DNA of 63,648 nucleotides, filler included, from Callorhinchus milii (Eukaryota), in NCBI RefSeq assembly GCF_018977255.1. It is 2 parts of 2 records of this genome, joined end to end, with 100 filler letters (N's around TTAATTAATTAA, not from the genome) between each part and the next. Parts side by side here need not be neighbours in the genome. Positions count along the whole stretch, not along the records: positions 31,931 to 63,648 come from NW_024705610.1; 1 more part is not named here. One strand, 5' to 3'. Made by a program: the position numbers and the translations under genes. The notes under the pieces were generated by a model. The model worked only from the letters and a program-made list of their open reading frames with translations, was not told the origin of the DNA and made no database searches. Below, in pieces: positions 59,264-63,648 of the stretch (the first letter of the stretch is position 1; each line of letters opens with the position of its first letter).

Positions 59264-60426
59264 ACCAACATGGACACTCGCTAAATAACCTAACCATCAT
59301 GGACACTCGCTAAATAACCTAACCATCATGGACACTCGCTAAATAACCTAACCATCATGGACACTCGCTAAATAACCTAACCATCATGGACACTCGCTAA
59401 ATAACCTAACCATCATGGACACTCGCTAAATAACCTAACCATCATGGACACTCGCTAAATAACCTAACCATCATGGACACTCGCTAAATAACCTAACCAT
59501 CATGGACACTCGCTAAATAACCTAACCAACATGGACACTCGCTAAATAACCTAACCAACATGGACACTCGCTAAATAACCTAACCAACATGGACACTCGC
59601 TAAATAACCTAACCAACATGGACACTCGCTAAATAACCTAACCAACATGGACACTCGCTAAATAACCTAACCAACATGGACACTCGCTAAATAACCTAAC
59701 CATCATGGACACTCGCTAAATAACCTAACCATCATGGACACTCGCTAAATAACCTAACCAACATGGACACTCGCTAAATAACCTAACCAACATGGACACT
59801 CGCTAAATAACCTAACCATCATGGACACTCGCTAAATAACCTAACCATCATGGACACTCGCTAAATAACCTAACCAACATGGACACTCGCTAAATAACCT
59901 AACCAACATGGACACTCGCTAAATAACCTAACCAACATGGACACTCGCTAAATAACCTAACCATCATGGACACTCGCTAAATAACCTAAACAACATGGAC
60001 ACTCGCTAAATAACCTAACCATCATGGACACTCGCTAAATAACCTAACCAACATGGACACTCGCTAAATAACCTAACCATCATGGACACTCGCTAAATAA
60101 CCTAACCATCATGGACACTCGCTAAATAACCTAACCATCATGGACACTCGCTAAATAACCTAACCATCATGGACACTCGCTAAATAACCTAACCAACATG
60201 GACACTCGCTAAATAACCTAACCAACATGGACACTCGCTAAATAACCTAACCAACATGGACACTCGCTAAATAACCTAACCATCATGGACACTCGCTAAA
60301 TAACCTAACCAACATGGACACTCGCTAAATAACCTAACCATCATGGACACTCGCTAAATAACCTAACCAACATGGACACTCGCTAAATAACCTAACCAAC
60401 ATGGACACTCGCTCAATAACTTTACC
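59264..60426 (+). repeat. 29-bp minisatellite, about 40 copies
   Basis: Unit cca(t/a)catggacactcgctaaataacctaa, head-to-tail with no spacers. Confidence 0.97.
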
Positions 60427-60438
60427 AACGTGGTGCTG

Positions 60439-60457
60439 TAGCGCCACCGTGTGGTCA
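60439..60457 (-). promoter_or_regulatory. Candidate CTCF site
   Basis: Reverse complement TGACCACACGGTGGCGCTA, 16/19 to TGGCCACCAGGTGGCGCTA. Confidence 0.45.
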
Positions 60458-60707
60458 CGTGGTACCACTGCAGCGCCTGGCGCGGTGACAGCAGCAGTGG
60501 CGCTGTGCGGCGTCTTCACGGCTTCATCGCCGCCAACCCGCTTGGGACTAACGCCAGGACGCCGCAGCAGCAGCGACTCACAACTGCGGGGAACGCGCGG
60601 GGTGACGTCTGACAGCGGCAACTGCTGGCGTGCTGTGTTGGCCTACACTGCACATGTCCACCACATAGCAGACGTAACCACGAATTGAATGCTTGTGGTA
60701 CTGCACT

Positions 60708-60726
60708 TGTCCACCAGAGGGCACAC
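60708..60726 (+). promoter_or_regulatory. Candidate CTCF site
   Basis: TGTCCACCAGAGGGCACAC, preceded by CTGCAC. Close match to the CTCF core. Confidence 0.55.
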
Positions 60727-62141
60727 GTAACACGTCCAGCGCCGGTAAAAAAACAGAAACTCTGCAGCCGATTTGCACTGCAATTCTTTATTTCTTCACG
60801 GATTTTCAAGTAACAAACTACTGCATTGACATCCCAAGCTGTCCCATACGTTTACACCGTTGAATATTTGGTGAACATCGGTGCTTAAATAGTGAAACGC
60901 ACTGCATTCCCAAACAGTGCGCTTCAAATCGGCAACAATTGCACCCATCATTGACTTCAATGCAAAATGCCGCCCCGGTTCCACAAGTCACACAAGCAAG
61001 TGGTGTATGCCCTTCGACTCTACTCGACAGAGTCGCGCCATATGCGATTCAACTCATCTCGCTGAGACGCGTTCAAAGCATATTTGAGGCATCTCACTTG
61101 CAACCCTAAGAAGTCCTAATTCCAAAGCAGGAGCCCAAATTCCAAATCTTGGAGTTCCGATTCCTCATCCGGGAATGTAAATACCAAGGAAGTGGTTGTG
61201 GGGCTCCCGGAAATGGAATAAGGACTCCCAAAATAATCCATATACCCTGTTAGCCTAGTCAGGGTTATGGTTAACGGTTAGGGTTAGGGGTCAATGAGAA
61301 GTGAATTCCTCCATTGAATGTAGTCTTACAATGCTGTGTATAAAATAAAAAATGGGGAATTTAAAATGTATATTTTTTTCGCGTGAAAAATCGACATAGC
61401 CGTAAAATACACGAAACGCATGTGGAGGGAAAAAGCCACGACCATGGGGAGAACAATCAAACTACAAATATACAGCAGGTGTGAGGGATGGGGTTGAACC
61501 TACGACCTCCTGTATACCAGGCAAGGTCGTTACATTCTTGCCACTGTGAATTCCTCCATTTACGTTAGTCTTACTACGTGATGTATGAGACAAAAACTGT
61601 AAAATTAAACGTACTACGTGTTTTTTTTGCTAAAGATTAGGCACATTTTCAACGTGTAATTTTCCAATTAGAAGCTCACTCCTCCAATGCCTTGAGGCAT
61701 ACTATGCTATATATATATAAAAATAAAATTGGGTGATTATACAAATATACTTTTTCTCGAGAAAAAAAATCGACATCCTAACTTATATCATTTTTTGCCA
61801 AAATTGGACAAATTTTCGCGTAATTTTTAAATGAGAAGCTCATTCCCTAATTGTCTTTAATCATAATATGCTATATATTAAATAAAATTGGGTGATTATG
61901 CAAATATATTTTTTCTCGAGAAAAAAAAATCGCCACTAACCCAATTTAATTAGGGGTCGGTTTAGCTTCAGGTTTGCTTGTCAATAACACTGCAACCAAA
62001 ATACATAGAGAGCCAGTTGTTGCATTTCCTGATTGCAGAATATGTAGGCTACAAATTGTCTAGGGGTTTGACAAAAAACAGTTCCAAAGCATTTGCAATT
62101 TCTGAGTCCCGGAATTGTACGAAAAAAACAATTGAACATAC

Positions 62142-62690
62142 TCTTTGGTTCTTTCGGTAAAGTCACGTAGAAATAAATTAAATAATAATATAATACGACG
62201 TTGTTGTTGTCAAACAAACGATGCTTGTTTGTTTAGAAATCCAGTGTCCAGCTCGTCCGTCCCCTATGGGCAGGAATTCCACACAACTCCCCCTCTGACC
62301 CACCCCTCCTCTTTCTATTTAAGGCCTCGACACAGAGACGTTGTCTTTTGTGTGCCTATGTGTGTGTCTCTCTCTATTTGTCTCCGTGTGAGTCTCTATC
62401 TGCTTGTGTGTCTCCGTGTCTGTGTTTTGTCTCTCTCTCAAATTTAGCAATCTTTGGAAGAACGTAATCAACCAGGTGGGGTGTTGACTGTTTTGTTGGC
62501 CGACTCTCTGTGTTGTATTGCATTATATTTATACGTTTACTAGGTTTTTTTCTATTCATTTGTATCTGATGATGGTTGCTTGTGTTGCAATCGAAACGTC
62601 GTATTCTATTATTATTGAATTTAATTTATTTCTACGTGATTTGCCAAAAAAACCAAATAGTAACTCCTGCAGTCACGAAAGCTTCGAATC
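62142..62690. mobile_element. Penelope pLTR insertion with short inverted left arm
   Basis: Minus-strand end (ctttggttctttcggtaaagtcacgtag...) at 62142-62201. Plus-strand pLTR with hammerhead and terminal ctgcagtcacgaaagcttcgaatc. Confidence 0.8.
62560..62606 (+). ncRNA. Minimal hammerhead ribozyme motif
   Basis: uguau CUGAUGA u gguugc-uuguguu-gcaauc GAAAC GUC guau. Both stems differ from the 1861 copy but still pair. Confidence 0.8.
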
Positions 62691-63648
62691 TATAATTAAA
62701 CAATGTCTGGAAGATCTGTATATACTTCACTGATGTTAACCGAGTCACCCCTTGTCTCAATGAAGCCCCCCGAGTCAAAAACAGTTGCATTTGAGCCACT
62801 GAGTTGAATGGTTTTCGAAAAAGAGAGACCCTGTGTTGAAAATAACATTCTCTTTCATAGGCTTTCATTGACAGACCAAAGATTTTTGGGAATTGACTCC
62901 TGAACAATCGAAAGGTTCAGAGAGTCAGTTTTAACATTTCCTGATTGAAAAATATGTAGGCTACAAATTGTCCGGAGGGATTGAAAAACATTTCCATCGT
63001 GAAATGAGCCCCCAAAAAGCATTTGCAATTTATACGTCCCCGAATTGTACGTAAAACATAGGCAAACATCGGATAGCATGGGGGGGGGGCAACATTTTTT
63101 TTCAAAATCCCTTTTCTCAAATAACTTAAACATAGCAACTGAAATTATAACAATCATTGTGGCATGCAAGCCAGATATTCAATTCAATCAAGGCCATAGG
63201 GTTGAGGTGGCTATATGAGCATTACAGATTATGGTCAGGGCTATAGGTTCCACACAAGACACGTTTTTCCCTCGTGTGGACAAATGCACAACTACAGTAC
63301 ACATTAGAGGGTTTTCAGCGGTTTCACTTAACTTGATTCCTGTGTCGTGGTCAAATCTTGTAATCAACATTTAGTCTACTTCTTCCTGTTGTCCAATCAA
63401 TTCCAAATGTTGCACACGTACTCAGATCCTGTGACAATGCATGCCTGTATCAAAATCGGGCATCAATTAATCAATTAATTCGCTTACTTTAAAGCAATTT
63501 ACATTTTGTATGGACGCCTTATTATATTATTTATATATATTTGTGCATGTTAAAAACTCCGCGGTTCCTAAACTCTCGAATCGCGTCGCCCAAGAAGCAG
63601 GCGCCACGCGCCTCAGGCGCGCACGCTCCGTGTCAACGAGTTGGGGCA

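Noticed and set aside
59264..60426. CRISPR array (29-bp repeat)
   Set aside because: Units are head-to-tail with no unique spacers, there are no cas genes, and the context is eukaryotic.

Overview
Eukaryotic, repeat-dense vertebrate DNA. It is most likely a lamprey, inferred from the GC3-rich exons, V-SINE-like SINEs and a Chapaev3 transposon. The only host gene I can support is the 3' part of a testican/SPOCK gene on the + strand (five exons, 31975-42388). Most of the rest is transposon-derived: a near-intact L2-type LINE, several LINE fragments, a degenerate Chapaev3 transposon with its MITE, other MITEs, tRNA-derived SINEs and minisatellites. The most coherent system is a Penelope-like retroelement family (RT + GIY-YIG). 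Its terminal repeat carries a minimal hammerhead ribozyme with covarying stems plus a second conserved stem, and it has spread as many short, often self-inverted insertions that share one breakpoint. Hammerheads in Penelope elements are known, so this is a well-resolved example rather than a new class. A ~9.8 kb block (44090-~53845) looks like featureless random sequence unlike anything else in the window. I could decode nothing in it and suspect it is artefactual or scrambled.
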